Virus record (IMG/VR): IMGVR_UViG_3300045988_170124
Location: 1-42,780 of that record
Strand: one strand, 5' to 3'
Origin: a virus
DNA length: 42,780 bases
Shown here: in pieces, positions 23,301-31,801 of the stretch
Layout: every line of letters starts with the position of its first letter
Position numbering within the stretch: the stretch's first letter is position 1
Made by a program: the position numbers and the translations under genes
Notes under the pieces: model-generated
The model's input: the letters and a program-made list of their open reading frames with translations, nothing else
The model's database searches: none
Told to the model about the DNA's origin: nothing

Positions 23301-25252
23301 AAGAACGCCTGAGTTTCCGGCATACGTCCCAAACTCTGAGACGCCGCCAGTTCTTTGAGAGACTTGAAGGAGCCGGAGGCACGGGCTACATAGACTTCGT
23401 TCAGCGCAGCCACCAACGCATCCCGGAAGTCCAAGTCGCCGGCCCCTTCAAGCTGCATCATCTTCGGTGCGAGTTTCAGGAAGATCGACACCGCCCGGCC
23501 GCCTTCGCTTTCGGTATCGGTCAGAAGGCTTGTGAGATTCGCATTCCCGTACGCCCGCTGGAAGATAGCCCGCTCAAGTCGGGGACGAGCCAATGTGTTC
23601 GGAATACCGTTCCGATCCACAAGCGAAGAGTTATCCGGGACGAGCGCCGCAAACTGCTTCACCGTCTCATCCGTAATATTCCCGTTCTCATCGAACGTCA
23701 GCTTTGAAACGTCAATGGCCGCTGCATCGTTTTCCGCCTGCTCAGTCGCATCAAGCGCCTTCGTCCCGGACTGATTCGACAGCATCGCAATATCCGGCCG
23801 TCCGGCGTCACGGTCACTCATCACACGGACAAGCACTGGCTCCTTCATTCCTTCAATGACCGACGGCTTGATCCCGACGTTATCCGCGTCCTCAATGAGA
23901 TCAGCCTTGTACTTTTCAGCCGTCCCACGCTCATACGCAGCCGAAATGCCGGCCACACGCCCATTACCGGCAATCGTCACGTTCTGCTTCACCACGCCGT
24001 AGTCAGCGTTTCGAGTGCCGTCAGCGAAGTTAGATACCTGCAACTCATCCGCCTCAACAACGGCATACCGCATTTCCATCTGAGAACCATCGGAAGCCGA
24101 CACCGTTTCCGTACGCCCCCATTGCCCTTCAGAGAAATTGTTCGGGAAAGCAATCACCGGGGCACCGCTGGAGAGTTCACGGGAAACCGAGACCATGTTG
24201 TAAATCGGATTACCGGCGATCTGCTGCATCTGCACAATGCTCGAAGCCGTGCCACGATTACGGTTCTGAAGAACAACGCCGTTTTCGGCCATGCGGAGCG
24301 CAGAGGCTTCCTGCACCTGAGACACATCAGGCACTTCCGCCGCAGCCTTCTTTGCCGTTTTCACGCCTTCGACAACGGAATCAGCCAAAGTCTGAGGCTT
24401 TTCCTTTGTCGTTTCTGCGGGCTTTTCTTCGGTTTTCTTAGCGGCCGCCGTCGTCTTTTTATGGAAACCGATAGTACCGAACCCACCTCCGACGAACGCG
24501 GCCACGGCTAAATTCAACGGATCAAACGGATTGATCGTCGCCGCCAGTGCTTCGTAGTTCTGCTTCCGGAGAATCATTCGAGTCGTCAAATCTTCGGAAA
24601 CATTCGCCGCAGGATTCGTAATAGCGCCATAGACTGCCGAAGCCAACCGCGTAGGTCCAGCGGCCGCGGGAATCAAGAAACCAAGCGTACCCGTACCAAA
24701 GGCGCTCACGCCCAGCCAATTCGCCGTATTCTCGTCAACGCCTTTATCCTTGTAGCGCTGAGTCGTTTCAACGCCGTGCATCGCGCCATAGGCCAACGCC
24801 GCCGCCTGCGGAGACGCTGCAGCAATCGGGGCCACCAACACCGCTTTCGTCAGTTCTGTACCGACGCCGTGGATAATCTGTCCGGCCACGCCAGTAGTCT
24901 CAGGATTCGGCGTGTACTCTTCTTCGGCAATCCGACGCAGTTCCTTTGCTGAAGCATCCATGTATTCCGCCTGCTTTCGGGCGAATTCTTTCGGATCCGT
25001 AATCGGAATGCCTTGCTCCTGCGCTTCCGCGGCCGCCTGCTCAATCGTCGCCTGCCGGCCACTGCCCGTAAACATCCCCGTCAGCGCCGAGCCTACGTGA
25101 AGCGCGGCATTCGGGAGGATGTCCTTAATGGCATCTTTCGTACCGTCCCAGAAACCGACTTCCGGCGCAGTAATCCGACTACCGTCCCAATCGCGGACGC
25201 CCTGTGGAATCTTGTATCGATCTTCGGAAATAAACGAACTAATATCAATCAT
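20333..25252 (-). CDS. Giant polyvalent virion protein (1639 aa): ParB-like (GNGR) domain + YHGSP-type polyvalent-protein domain + zincin HEMGH motif
   Basis: - NRNR...GAPVIAF...TIAGNGRVAGISAAYERG spans roughly nt 23843-24280, with GNGR at 23957-23968.
- AYHGSPYMFDKFSLDHVGEGARAQWYGWGMYFS spans roughly nt 21950-22135.
- HEMGH lies at nt 21368-21382.
- The N-terminus has hydrophobic Gly/Ala-rich segments.
- ATGA overlap with the upstream gene. Confidence 0.75.
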   Translation of the reverse strand: MIDISSFISEDRYKIPQGVRDWDGSRITAPEVGFWDGTKDAIKDILPNAALHVGSALTGMFTGSGRQATIEQAAAEAQEQGIPITDPKEFARKQAEYMDASAKELRRIAEEEYTPNPETTGVAGQIIHGVGTELTKAVLVAPIAAASPQAAALAYGAMHGVETTQRYKDKGVDENTANWLGVSAFGTGTLGFLIPAAAGPTRLASAVYGAITNPAANVSEDLTTRMILRKQNYEALAATINPFDPLNLAVAAFVGGGFGTIGFHKKTTAAAKKTEEKPAETTKEKPQTLADSVVEGVKTAKKAAAEVPDVSQVQEASALRMAENGVVLQNRNRGTASSIVQMQQIAGNPIYNMVSVSRELSSGAPVIAFPNNFSEGQWGRTETVSASDGSQMEMRYAVVEADELQVSNFADGTRNADYGVVKQNVTIAGNGRVAGISAAYERGTAEKYKADLIEDADNVGIKPSVIEGMKEPVLVRVMSDRDAGRPDIAMLSNQSGTKALDATEQAENDAAAIDVSKLTFDENGNITDETVKQFAALVPDNSSLVDRNGIPNTLARPRLERAIFQRAYGNANLTSLLTDTESEGGRAVSIFLKLAPKMMQLEGAGDLDFRDALVAALNEVYVARASGSFKSLKELAASQSLGRMPETQAFLDYLSGVGNQVNAPTQVFAQLADWSLANKLQAEGMFADESPLPTRADLMMEFQDLTGVPVDPSVLDMIKAQVTRTQAREKISNTIREKLTAAGQETEQVEAQARIWTNAVMRLAELAHRDPLEILPNIDLEGVPSAADGFAMPVTQGKEWHMGPQTIGRENEAVNVVHMSAVPEEGRTAAIDALAAKLSDGLKNGDSGWVLTGSRGDAKKSLPPFKFSEKNAGLYDAIVQNFEQIVSDAKLIESHADTQHQNPDVRGIHKFASAASYGGKNYRVQLIVRDYLPSAGGERLATHSIDAVEVKEIETAGGEGVIAPLAPTDATNVPPGAAQSPGAGVPTAWSSADTVSLSDLLKGFVREDQRGAFDSVDDSYRAEGAAYYEPQEFNQIIGETGVRNMDARNGEFYQVAYHGSPYMFDKFSLDHVGEGARAQWYGWGMYFSLDKNIARQYASNLYNASKDTRDRYNRLSAEADRLQHELTAAEDSGDVAAADSLRAQLTEAKAALDKVLPDHPRVYDAEIPEDSVMVRAGSTIDQQPEAVQQAFRKLLGEVDGSKKGRALYNELAKKLGSKKAASEALRNEGVLGLRYANSVDGECAVVWDDKAIEIREFLQEAKENGEIRGSYNPQTNTIRLTPNADITTFSHEMGHFWLTNAIRLSTLPGSDLSLRRDVRKLMDTWGIKDASEWEKLGTEGQRQYHEQFASWVEEFLATGRVPNDGLRGLFEKMRQWITDLYRDIRSHLNSRYRQGFGKDLPALSDEVRDILERNIAYEDRLAAVQRDFSPTTAQTDAARYATFENVVKNDQLVDRSDAQSLQGSLFAEQQAKDALNNREKVNVNGPMDADMLQGRQDAVKKSLHMPESLEARPKDEGMPVHEITKAEPKPEVQEEGGIAAVVRRVSDALLGKQLEENAAPKEDADVADIMRRSDEVLEKSPDMQLTPDEVSDANDVKPGKTAAEYVAAVDAEAQSIEKFANVMSTAAMCVLRNGGITHA

Positions 25253-27468
25253 TTCACATCCATCACATCAAGAACGTAGGGGATCATTGTGTCGTTACCC
25301 AAATCCTGCATCACATAGCCATACGGCGAATTCGGATCAATGATTCGGTACTTGCCATCACTAATGGTCTCAAGCTGCATTGTTTTGAAATTCGGAGCAA
25401 TGGCCCCGACCGTAGTTCGATCTTTACCGGTAATTCCAGTAATAACCTTCGTCTTGTCGTCCTTTAAGGCGCCGATCTTGCGTTCCAAAAGATCATCAAA
25501 ACTCGTAGCAAAAATCGAGCTTTTGTCGTAGCCGCGCTTCGTATATTCGTTGTACGGCGTGACGATTCGCTTCCCGTTCCACTCGATCAACTGACCGCCA
25601 AGCACCTTTTCGAGGGCTGCTTTCGAGGTAAGGGCATTACCAAGTCGGGAGCTGTACGCCCACAGCCCTTGTGCAGCATCCGCCCACATTTCCATCAAAT
25701 CATTATTGCTGGAAAGTGCGGCTTCCTTGCCCTCTGCCTGCATATACCCGAGAATTTCTTTGACCGAGCCGTCGCCTGTCGTGGGCTTCTGCACAACGCC
25801 TTGAGACATAAAGTCTTTGCCCATCAGGTAGTTATTGCCCAGTCCAATATCACCACCGGACATCAGATACAGCGCCGTACCGTACTGCTGATTTTTCGGT
25901 CCCAATTGGTTTGCGAGCGTCCCAATGTTCTGCGTCCCGACCATCGTTGCCAGTTGGGCGAGTGTCTGAGTGCGCTTAACCACGTCCACGTTATCCAACG
26001 TAGCAACCAACTGTTGCGCCTCACCGTCCGAGAGGATTGCTTTGGGCGTCCCCCAAGACTCCGAAATCGCCTGCGCCTGATTGATGCGCGTCGTCAACTG
26101 CCGCTGCATTTGCTCAGGGTTATCAAAATTCAACGGCTCAAACCCAAACTGATTCGTCTGAATCGCCGCCCCTACAGGATCCTTTTGGCGAGCCGTCACA
26201 ACGTCAGAGGCCGCCTTCGCCATATCCAGGTAGCGCTTTTTGTCGGCCGCATAAGTCGGAGAGCCCGGCGTAGGCTTTGCGTTCTGCAGAGTTTCGGCAA
26301 TCTGCGACGTATCCATGTACTGACAACCAAAGGAAAAGCTACCCGCATCGAAGTTGCGCTTGTAGTTTTCGTACTGATCCTTACCACCCTTTTCGCCGAA
26401 GGCATTTATGAAGTCTTCTTCCGACAGTTCATTCTCGTCATACCCTTGATCCCCAACCGTAGCCAATGAGTTTTGAACCGCCGTCCGCAAGTCCGCCTGA
26501 GCCGCCGCCCGGTTCTGTGCCGCATAGGAATAGGCGGCCGAGAAAAGCTCCACCTTCTGCGCCTGATTGAGCCCATCAATCGCCGGAATGCCGGTACGAT
26601 GCCCAGGCTTCAGGGACTCTTTGATGAAGTCTTTCTTGTTCAGCATTGTTTCGCCGACGGAGCCGGCGAGCATCATCGCGAGCGGTTGTTTGGCCTGTTG
26701 CCACAGCTGAGTCCCGATCTTGGCCGCCACGTCATTGCCGATGGAGCTACGGTTGTTCTGAAAGTCCGTCAAGGCCGCCACAGCGTCATCCTGACCCCAC
26801 GTGTTATAGCGCTGAGCCTGAGCCATATCCCAGTAACCATCGCGCAAGGCTTTCGTCTGTTCCTCACCAAGACCCTGCATTTTGGCAAGGGCCGTGATTT
26901 CATCGTCAAGGCTTTGATAGGACGCGCCGCAGTAGTCTTTGTTGCCGTAGTTCTGCCCGATGCTTTCCACAAGCGAATCAATACGGGCTTTAGACGTTCC
27001 GATGTGCCAGGCGTCCCGCTGACGGCTCATCCACTGCATAGACTGCCCCTGAGCCGACCGGAGACGATCCTGAATGCGGGACTGCACCGCCTCACGGGCC
27101 CAAGGCGACAAACTGCCGAGAATGTCGTCGGCATCCTTCTTGAGGCCCTGCATCGCGCCGTCGTAGGCGTCTACGGCATTCTTACCCTTCTGATTGAAGT
27201 AGCCGGCTTCCGGATCATAGAGGCGCGTCTGCACCGCCTCCATGTACTTCATTTCGGCCTCGTCGCTTTCCGCCTTGATATTCCGTGCGGCAATCGTCTG
27301 AAGCGCCTTACCGGCATTGTTCGCAAAGTCCTGCAAGGGCTGTTGCGCATCCTGCATCAACTTCGCGTAGTTAATCGTCTGATTCGGAAGTTGGGCCACC
27401 TGCCGCCCTGTCTGTCCGGAATCCACAACGGACGGCACGCCGCCCTGATACATCGGAACCATCGGCAT
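25249..27468 (-). CDS. Internal virion protein (739 aa)
   Basis: AGGAGAAGG RBS and a position between the portal-proximal genes and the polyvalent protein. No catalytic motif recognised. Confidence 0.6.
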   Translation of the reverse strand: MPMVPMYQGGVPSVVDSGQTGRQVAQLPNQTINYAKLMQDAQQPLQDFANNAGKALQTIAARNIKAESDEAEMKYMEAVQTRLYDPEAGYFNQKGKNAVDAYDGAMQGLKKDADDILGSLSPWAREAVQSRIQDRLRSAQGQSMQWMSRQRDAWHIGTSKARIDSLVESIGQNYGNKDYCGASYQSLDDEITALAKMQGLGEEQTKALRDGYWDMAQAQRYNTWGQDDAVAALTDFQNNRSSIGNDVAAKIGTQLWQQAKQPLAMMLAGSVGETMLNKKDFIKESLKPGHRTGIPAIDGLNQAQKVELFSAAYSYAAQNRAAAQADLRTAVQNSLATVGDQGYDENELSEEDFINAFGEKGGKDQYENYKRNFDAGSFSFGCQYMDTSQIAETLQNAKPTPGSPTYAADKKRYLDMAKAASDVVTARQKDPVGAAIQTNQFGFEPLNFDNPEQMQRQLTTRINQAQAISESWGTPKAILSDGEAQQLVATLDNVDVVKRTQTLAQLATMVGTQNIGTLANQLGPKNQQYGTALYLMSGGDIGLGNNYLMGKDFMSQGVVQKPTTGDGSVKEILGYMQAEGKEAALSSNNDLMEMWADAAQGLWAYSSRLGNALTSKAALEKVLGGQLIEWNGKRIVTPYNEYTKRGYDKSSIFATSFDDLLERKIGALKDDKTKVITGITGKDRTTVGAIAPNFKTMQLETISDGKYRIIDPNSPYGYVMQDLGNDTMIPYVLDVMDVK

Positions 27469-27479
27469 CGTGCCTTCTC

Positions 27480-28199
27480 CTAATAGAGTTTGACGCCGTT
27501 AAAGACGCCGTACTGGAACGTCGGCGCAGCCTGAGTGCTACCCAGCATCGGAATCTTTGCGCCACCCACTTCGATAGTCGGCGTCTTTTTGAGCGTGAGG
27601 GAGTCGCCCGGCTGAGCGGTCTGCGTCCCATTGCCGGCATCCTTGAAAACGCCGTTGGCGGACATGAGCATGTAATTACTGCCGACCTGAGACGCCGTAT
27701 TGAGAATGGACGTAGCGAAGTTCAGACCAACGCTCTGCTTTGAGGCTTCCGCCATCAGCGCCTGCCCCTCGTAGTTCGCCGCCTGCATCCGGTAGCCCCA
27801 GGCGTTCCGGACGGCATTCTCCTTCATCTGATTCTTGTCCATTTCTTTGACAATATCAGTCGAAGCCTGCACTTCTGCTGCCGAACCTTCTCCTACTGCC
27901 ACGCCGTTCGCCGCCAAGGCCGCCCGCTGAGCCGACTTCACCTGCCCGGCTTCCATCGTCTTTCGCACTGTCGCGGACTCATTAGCCCGCAAGACAGCCT
28001 GCGCCTGCAGTTCCATGGACTGCGCATTGATTCGGGCAATATTGGCCTGAGCCTTCGCGATAGAGTTCTGATGCCGGGTAACGCTCATGCCGCCAAAAGC
28101 GCTCACAAGACCCGCCGCGGCCTGGAGCCATAACGCCCCGTACCCTGCCTGAGCCGGCGTGAGCCCGGTGCTTTCTGAAGTTGTCGGAGTTGTTGCCAT
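27480..28199 (-). CDS. Virion-associated protein (239 aa), Ala/Gln-rich
   Basis: Hydrophobic N-terminal segment (GYGALWLQAAAGLVSAFGG) followed by an A/Q-rich helical region. It is the first gene downstream of the portal. Confidence 0.55.
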   Translation of the reverse strand: MATTPTTSESTGLTPAQAGYGALWLQAAAGLVSAFGGMSVTRHQNSIAKAQANIARINAQSMELQAQAVLRANESATVRKTMEAGQVKSAQRAALAANGVAVGEGSAAEVQASTDIVKEMDKNQMKENAVRNAWGYRMQAANYEGQALMAEASKQSVGLNFATSILNTASQVGSNYMLMSANGVFKDAGNGTQTAQPGDSLTLKKTPTIEVGGAKIPMLGSTQAAPTFQYGVFNGVKLY

Positions 28200-28305
28200 A
28201 AAAAAATCCCCCTGATTGTCCGCACCCTAAGACAGGTCAGGGCGCATACGCGCAGGGGGAAAAGGCGGCGACATAAGACCGCCCACGGTTCTCAGGAGAG
28301 ATTCG

Positions 28306-29991
28306 TTACTGTTGCGCCGCCATCATGCCTTGCACCACCTTTCCGGCCATCGTGGAGCCGTCTGCCGGCACCTTGCCGAGTTTGGCGAGAGAGTCCACGC
28401 CCTGAGCCATCTGGGCTTGCTGCGCCTGCTGCTGCATCGCCTGATTCTCTGCTTCCACAGCCTGCATCGCCTGCTCGGTCGGCACCACCACCGACGGAGC
28501 CACGCTGAGGTAATCGGCATATTCGTCGGCCGCCGCAAAGGGGTCAATCTTCTTTATCACCCGATTGTCGTACTTAGCGAGATTGCCGATACGCATCAGG
28601 TACTGATCGAGGCTATTGGCCCGCAGCGAGCGTTGCGCCCGGCTCAACATCGACATGTAGCGGATTTTCAGCTGTTGCCCCTGCAGTTCCGGAGGCGCCG
28701 GCGGCAATTGTCCGGCACGGGCGAGGATGTTGAAAGCTCGTTCAATGAGGGACTTCAGCACCTCGTTATTGAGACGGGACAGCACCGGCCCCAGGAGCAT
28801 CAACTTTTCCTCATTGCGTCGCGCCACTTCTTCAGCCGTCATCTGATGCTTGTTCGCGGACGACACCATGAGGAACATATCGACACAGAACGCCTGATTG
28901 ATACGCTGACGAATATCCTGCATATCCGCCGCCAGGGCCGTGAGATCAGGTCTAACCGCCCAAGCACTCTGCACCTGATTCGCCTGAGACGGCATATCAA
29001 TGAAGTTTCGGCCGCCAGGCAGGAAATCAAGTTCCGATTCCTTCGCGGATACCGGGAAGATCAACGGTGGGTTCACCGCGTAATCAATGGCGTTCCCCTT
29101 CTGTAGGCACTCGTGATGCAGCTGTTTTGTATCGCCGATAGCAATGATGCCGGGGGCTTCTTCGGAATAAACGTCCGAAGCGTTCGCACCCCAGCGTCCC
29201 ACCACCGCCGGAAATTCGTTGTAGCCTGACTCCTGGAGAATTCCGTCTTCGCCTTCGTCGCAGTCAATCTGCAACACCACCATCCGCCACGGCATATTGA
29301 GATTGTCTTTCTTTGTGCGGTCACGGTCAAAGCGCGGCTCAATGGCATGAATGCACTTGAAGGACTTATCCGGGCGGCCCTGATCGTACGCGTCCCGCAC
29401 GGCCTTAGAACACTTGGCACGGCCATACTGCTCAATCATCTGCGCCGCCGTCATAGAGAAACGACGGTAAACCGTATTAGGACGATTACAGGCATCTACG
29501 CCAATGCAGTACTCACCGCAGACCAACGGATAGCAGTGGAAGCCAGCCTTCGCGTCCTCCACGATAATCATGGCGCACGTTCCGTAGACCCCGACCTCAC
29601 GCCAACCGTGGTGCAACGCCTGATAGACGTTTGTGCTTTCAAACGCCATTTCCAAAATGCGCTGCACACGGTCGAGATAAACTTTGACCTCGTGGCTTTC
29701 GTCCAAATCAGGCGTTCCCGTCGTGAGCGCGAACCACTGCGTCGAAGGATCGTTCATCCCCGACTGTAGCCCGGACGACAGAATCGTCGCCGCGTACGTC
29801 GCCGCATTGTCGTAGATTTTGTTCCACCGACTACGGGACTGATTCTTAACATCCGTCCCCAGGAAACGCCCACTTGCCGGCGTTATGTGGCGTGAAATCT
29901 CAAGCCACTGAGATTCGTATGGCTCACGCTCATTGCAGAGCACCACCCAGCGCCGCAGGATTGTTTCACGTAAGTCCTTACCGTCGCTCAT
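28306..29991 (-). CDS. Portal protein, T7 gp8-type (podovirus head-tail connector family)
   Basis: RRWVVLCNEREPYESQWLEISRHITPASGRF...NKIYDNAATYAATILSSGLQSGMNDPSTQWF matches the podoviral Head-tail_con family pattern. The C-terminus is Q/A-rich. Confidence 0.85.
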   Translation of the reverse strand: MSDGKDLRETILRRWVVLCNEREPYESQWLEISRHITPASGRFLGTDVKNQSRSRWNKIYDNAATYAATILSSGLQSGMNDPSTQWFALTTGTPDLDESHEVKVYLDRVQRILEMAFESTNVYQALHHGWREVGVYGTCAMIIVEDAKAGFHCYPLVCGEYCIGVDACNRPNTVYRRFSMTAAQMIEQYGRAKCSKAVRDAYDQGRPDKSFKCIHAIEPRFDRDRTKKDNLNMPWRMVVLQIDCDEGEDGILQESGYNEFPAVVGRWGANASDVYSEEAPGIIAIGDTKQLHHECLQKGNAIDYAVNPPLIFPVSAKESELDFLPGGRNFIDMPSQANQVQSAWAVRPDLTALAADMQDIRQRINQAFCVDMFLMVSSANKHQMTAEEVARRNEEKLMLLGPVLSRLNNEVLKSLIERAFNILARAGQLPPAPPELQGQQLKIRYMSMLSRAQRSLRANSLDQYLMRIGNLAKYDNRVIKKIDPFAAADEYADYLSVAPSVVVPTEQAMQAVEAENQAMQQQAQQAQMAQGVDSLAKLGKVPADGSTMAGKVVQGMMAAQQ

Positions 29992-29994
29992 GGC

Positions 29995-30312
29995 TTACCC
30001 CAACGTAGAACCACCGCCTAAGCTCATCTGATTCTTATTGACGCCGCCGGCCCCGGACAGAAGCGTAGACCCGCCGGACAAACCGCCGTCCTGATTCATC
30101 GAGAGAATGCCGGACACGTCCGCCCGATTCTGTTGCTGGCGCCGGGTAGCCTGCGCGGACTGTTCCGCCTGCTTTTTAGCGTTCTCTTCCGCCTGACGCG
30201 TTGCGCGATCTTGTGCTTTCGCCTGCTTATTGGCTGAGTACATCGAAGCGGCCGTACCCGCCGCAGCCACTGCCGCCATACCAACCATTGCCGCCGTTGT
30301 TGCACCTGACAT
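29995..30312 (-). CDS. Small virion-module protein (105 aa)
   Basis: GGAGGA RBS. The N-terminus is hydrophobic (AAMVGMAAVAAAGTAA), followed by a Q/A/K-rich helix and a Gly-rich tail. Confidence 0.55.
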   Translation of the reverse strand: MSGATTAAMVGMAAVAAAGTAASMYSANKQAKAQDRATRQAEENAKKQAEQSAQATRRQQQNRADVSGILSMNQDGGLSGGSTLLSGAGGVNKNQMSLGGGSTLG

Positions 30313-30314
30313 TG

Positions 30315-30743
30315 TTATTTCCTCCGAGTGAGAAGATGTTCGTATTCGCCCGTAAACTCAGGTTCACAGTCTTCCGGGACCGCTTTCTGAGTCGCATAAA
30401 TCATGGTGATCGTCGTGTCTTGAAGCGCGTGATAGGCCACCTTGCGCCCCGCCATGCCCCGTAGCACCGTGTAGCCCGACACCCGATGAGACTCGCTATC
30501 CGCGCGAATCACCACATCACCGCTGATGATGACCACCGTCGGCACCTTGATAAGGGCTGAGGTAAGCAGCACCCCGGCCGCGATTCGACACGTCCTCACA
30601 TAGCAGCCGGCATGGATAAAGTGATCCGTCGGCACGTCCGCCGGCGGCATCGTTTCGTTGAACGCCTCAAGGGCTTTCACTTCGGCAATCCCTGCCGCCG
30701 TTGTCGGAGGCAGTTCGCCGCGAGATTGCAGTGCCGCCGTCAT
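30315..30743 (-). CDS. Beta-rich (possibly cupin-like) protein (142 aa)
   Basis: ATG 30743 overlaps the GNAT stop as ATGA; the track start at 30791 would overlap the GNAT gene by 52 nt. The pattern HFIHAGCYVRTCRIAAGVLLTS...VVIISGDVVIR...GYTVLRGMAGRKVAYHALQDTTITMIY suggests a small beta-barrel. This is tentative. Confidence 0.55.
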   Translation of the reverse strand: MTAALQSRGELPPTTAAGIAEVKALEAFNETMPPADVPTDHFIHAGCYVRTCRIAAGVLLTSALIKVPTVVIISGDVVIRADSESHRVSGYTVLRGMAGRKVAYHALQDTTITMIYATQKAVPEDCEPEFTGEYEHLLTRRK

Positions 30744-31180
30744 AACCGCACCTGGAAAACCGTGTTGACGGGCGTATAGAGGCGCCGGCACAGTTCCTCA
30801 AACCGAGAACCGCAGCGCGCCCCTACCATCAGCACCTGGGCGCCGGCCTCACGGGCCACCTTCTCGGCCTCACGCAGAAGCCGCAGCCCCGCCGTACCCT
30901 GTCGGTGCTCTTTGGCGAGAAAGATGGATTCCACGGACGCGAGCACTTCCTGATAGTGCGGGATGCGATGGATCATGATATTGACCCCGCCGACAATGCG
31001 TCCGCCGTCAAAAACACCAACCGGGATAAAAGCCCCTGCCTTTTCGGCCGCAATGTACTCATCGGGATTCGGTGCGCCACGCATGAAAGGACTTCCGCTT
31101 TCGTCTGCGTAGTCCTTGATAATCTGCTGAAATTCCGGACGGGCGAACGTTTCCGCCCAAGTCGTTCTACGTACTTCCAT
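30740..31180 (-). CDS. GNAT-family N-acetyltransferase (146 aa)
   Basis: VESIFLAKEHRQGTAGLRLLREAEKVAREAGAQVLMV matches the acetyl-CoA-binding motif A (Q/RxxGxG/A) of GNAT enzymes. Confidence 0.75.
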   Translation of the reverse strand: MEVRRTTWAETFARPEFQQIIKDYADESGSPFMRGAPNPDEYIAAEKAGAFIPVGVFDGGRIVGGVNIMIHRIPHYQEVLASVESIFLAKEHRQGTAGLRLLREAEKVAREAGAQVLMVGARCGSRFEELCRRLYTPVNTVFQVRL

Positions 31181-31230
31181 AGCGCCTCCTATGCCAGCAT
31201 GATCGGCGCAGAGTCAGGAAGTACGCGCAC

Positions 31231-31260
31231 GAAAAACCCCGGTTTCCCGGGGTTCTCTTT
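31231..31260 (-). terminator. Strong intrinsic terminator inside the late operon (hairpin is also U-flanked on the + strand)
   Basis: AACCCCGG-ttt-CCGGGGTT (31235-31253). On the - strand the stem is followed by TTTTTC; on the + strand by CTCTTTTAT. Confidence 0.75.
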
Positions 31261-31279
31261 TATGACAGCCGCGCCTCAA

Positions 31280-31801
31280 TCAGTAGATTGCCGGAATCGG
31301 TATTCCGCCAATAAAGGGCGGAATGCCATTTTTATTCTCACGACGCCGAATCATTTTTTCAAGATTTCGCTGTACTGTCGGCGCGTTTTGATTCTTCGCG
31401 AGCCATACCCGCGCCGCCCGCATCAACCCGTGGCAGAAGTCCACGACGTCCGTGAGATAGGTCTCGTTGCAAACATTGTTGCTGAGGTGTATCCGGCCGT
31501 TTGGAATCGTAAGGATCAGCTTTTTGTTGCCTTTGCGGTCATCCACAGTCCCCGTATGAAGGAGATCGTTGCGAAGCTGCTTCATCAGTTCGGGCGTCGC
31601 CAATGAGAAAAACTCTTGCGACAGGTTCTTTTCGCACCATGCTACGTAGTTCACATTCTTCGCCCAGAAGCCCTCTGTTTCTAAGGCCGCGCACATATCG
31701 GGCAGGGTAAGCGCTGCCATCGTTGCGACGACATACAGTTCGGCCTTAAGCGCCCTGTCTATCTCGTCCAGCAGCATTTCGACACAGTTCGGCTCCGGCA
31801 T
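31280..31801 (-). CDS. Alpha-helical protein with R-x4-H motif (HEPN-like candidate), 173 aa
   Basis: GAGGAG lies 6 nt upstream of ATG 31801. LRNDLLH (R77-H82, nt 31556-31573) fits the RNxxxH form of the HEPN motif. The N-terminal helix is LDEIDRALKAELYVVATMAALTLPDMCAAL. The family was not confirmed. Confidence 0.65.
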   Translation of the reverse strand: MPEPNCVEMLLDEIDRALKAELYVVATMAALTLPDMCAALETEGFWAKNVNYVAWCEKNLSQEFFSLATPELMKQLRNDLLHTGTVDDRKGNKKLILTIPNGRIHLSNNVCNETYLTDVVDFCHGLMRAARVWLAKNQNAPTVQRNLEKMIRRRENKNGIPPFIGGIPIPAIY

